NCBI GenBank assembly: GCA_012295275.1 | Contig: CM022674.1 | Span: forward strand, 2,356,001 to 2,420,000 | DNA from: Chrysomallon squamiferum | Taxonomy: Eukaryota > Animalia > Mollusca | DNA length: 64,000 bases | Direction of reading: 5' to 3' | In this document: one piece after another, positions 62,250-64,000 of the stretch | Position numbering within the stretch: the first letter of the stretch is position 1 | Layout: each line of letters opens with the position of its first letter | The notes under the pieces: generated by a model | What the model was told of the DNA's origin: nothing | The model's database searches: none | What the model saw: only the letters and a program-made list of their open reading frames with translations | Program-made: the position numbers and the translations under genes

Positions 62250-62900
62250 AATCACTCGTCCTCCTCGTGAAAATGGTGCAGCTGAACGCGAGGAGGGGGG
62301 GCGGATGCACGCAGGGAGGGAGGGAGGCAGACAGGGAAACAAACAAACAAACATGCGAAAATATTTATGTAATTTAGTCTTGGTTGTAGCATATTTTGAA
62401 AATATCTACGCTAAGCTTGTTAACATACGTTATCGCGTCGGCATCTATGTTGTGGATTTCAGTGGCGAAAACGATTAGTGTCGGCACATTGAAATTGAAC
62501 AAGCTAAGCGTGAAACCGGGCTTGTCTTATTCCACTCGGAGATTGAACGATATGGAAAACGAAAGACGAAACGAAATTCGAGCGAGCTCGGTTTTTTTTT
62601 TTTTTTTTTTTTTTAACCGTCGCGTTTTCGAAGGCAAAGCAAAGCAAGGCAAGGCAAGGCAGTTCGACACTAATTGGGTTTCCTACCACGCTTTAATTAA
62701 ATCAAATAGCAGTAATTGATGGCGTTTGATGGGCGTCTTTGTTCGCACGGTGCATTGGGATTACTTTAAAGCCGGGCTCCGCGGATGGCCTAAACGCCGG
62801 ATGGATTATGCGAGGCAGTGCGGATTTTAGGGTCTACGTGTCAACGTCATAATCATCCGCGTGCTGCGCTCGCGGAATTAGAGGGGGGGATTTGGAGAGT
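62250..62900. promoter_or_regulatory. CpG-rich non-coding island, candidate promoter or enhancer
   Basis: Abrupt rise in GC and CpG in an AT-rich background, GGGGCGG box near 62307, no convincing ORF. Confidence 0.35.
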
Positions 62901-63019
62901 GAAATAAAATGTGTATAACGATTAAAATAATTTTAACAGACTTAAAACGATGCAGACATCGAGGTGTTTCTGGTGCAGAAATTTGAGAAAGTATTTCTGG
63001 ATGATTTCTAGTGTTTCCA

Positions 63020-63050
<31 letters not shown>

Positions 63051-63854
63051 TAAATAAATTAAATATATATATATTTTTATTTAAATCATCTTGGTTATTG
63101 ACGTTCTTACTTTCTTTGTTTCTTTCTTTACAGTTTTCTTTTTCTTCTTGTTCAACGTCGTCATTTTCTTTTCCTTTTTTCTTTTGTTCCTGTCTTCTTC
63201 TTCTTCTTCTTCTTTACTATAATATATTTATTTCTTACAATTCAAAATCGACTTTTTTCTCTTTCTTTTTTTTTTTTTTTTTTTTTTTTTTCTTTCTTTT
63301 CAAATTTTCTCATTTTGATATCCCTTCTGGTTTTGTTCTCGTTCTTTTTTTCTTCTTCTTTTCTTCCCTTTGATTCTTTATATTTCTTGAAGACTTATCT
63401 TGCACAGAGAAACAAAGGAACATGTAAGAGAGATACGATGAGAGGAACAGTCATACAGACAGACAGACAGATAGACAGACAGAAAGATAAAATAGAAAGT
63501 GAAACGAAACTGTTTTAAACAATAAAATGAAAAATTCCAGAACACACACACACGCACACACAAACACAGACACACACACGCACACACACGCAAGCACACA
63601 CACACGTGAGTTTTCCTTAAACCCTAGATATAAGAAAGAACACAACTCTAGTGAAATATGTTTCTAATTTAATGCATACAAATATAAATAATATGCATTC
63701 ATTCGATAGCAATATTAAAACACAGCTATTTAATTATGAATCTAATAATACGTATTTTAAGTGCAATATGACGAAAGAGGCTCTGGATAGGATAGTAAAT
63801 TAATGACGTCATCACGATTATTCTAATGACGCTATTTACATCATTATTATTATA

Positions 63855-63887
<33 letters not shown>

Positions 63888-64000
63888 TATTATTATTATC
63901 TTTATTATTACTGAAAGTGTATTTATTTGTAAAAGAACGTAAGATTTAAATATTATAATAGTTTTGTTGTTCTTTATTTTTTCCACTTTATAAAGCTTTA

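Overview
AT-rich, microsatellite-dense metazoan DNA with spliceosomal introns (invertebrate-like, plausibly a mollusc; not provable from sequence). Seven gene models were built by hand from GT-AG sites: a 10-exon GPI-type alkaline phosphatase (ALP1, +), a degenerate MICOS10 (-), a ZNFX1-like SF1 helicase/NFX1-zinc-finger/RZ-finger gene (ZNFX1a, +), a single-copy LZIC (-), then a second inverted set ALP2 (-), ZNFX1b (-) and an apparently functional MICOS10 (+). The second set is inverted and also circularly permuted: ALP-MICOS10-ZNFX1 on the left, MICOS10-ZNFX1-ALP on the right. The most unusual local signals are (1) a tandem array in the last intron of both ALP genes whose unit is a copy of the splice acceptor plus first codons of the last exon plus a donor-like site, (2) sharply confined hypervariable patches and a 12x13-aa RxRxxS repeat that distinguish otherwise near-identical ZNFX1 paralogs, and (3) several templated-insertion and minisatellite-birth events visible by paralog comparison. 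Three lesions (ZNFX1a frameshift, ZNFX1b scrambled repeat, MICOS10b acceptor) could be assembly errors. Most short ORFs in the supplied track are microsatellite or antisense artefacts. Identity levels are by eye and no database search was run.
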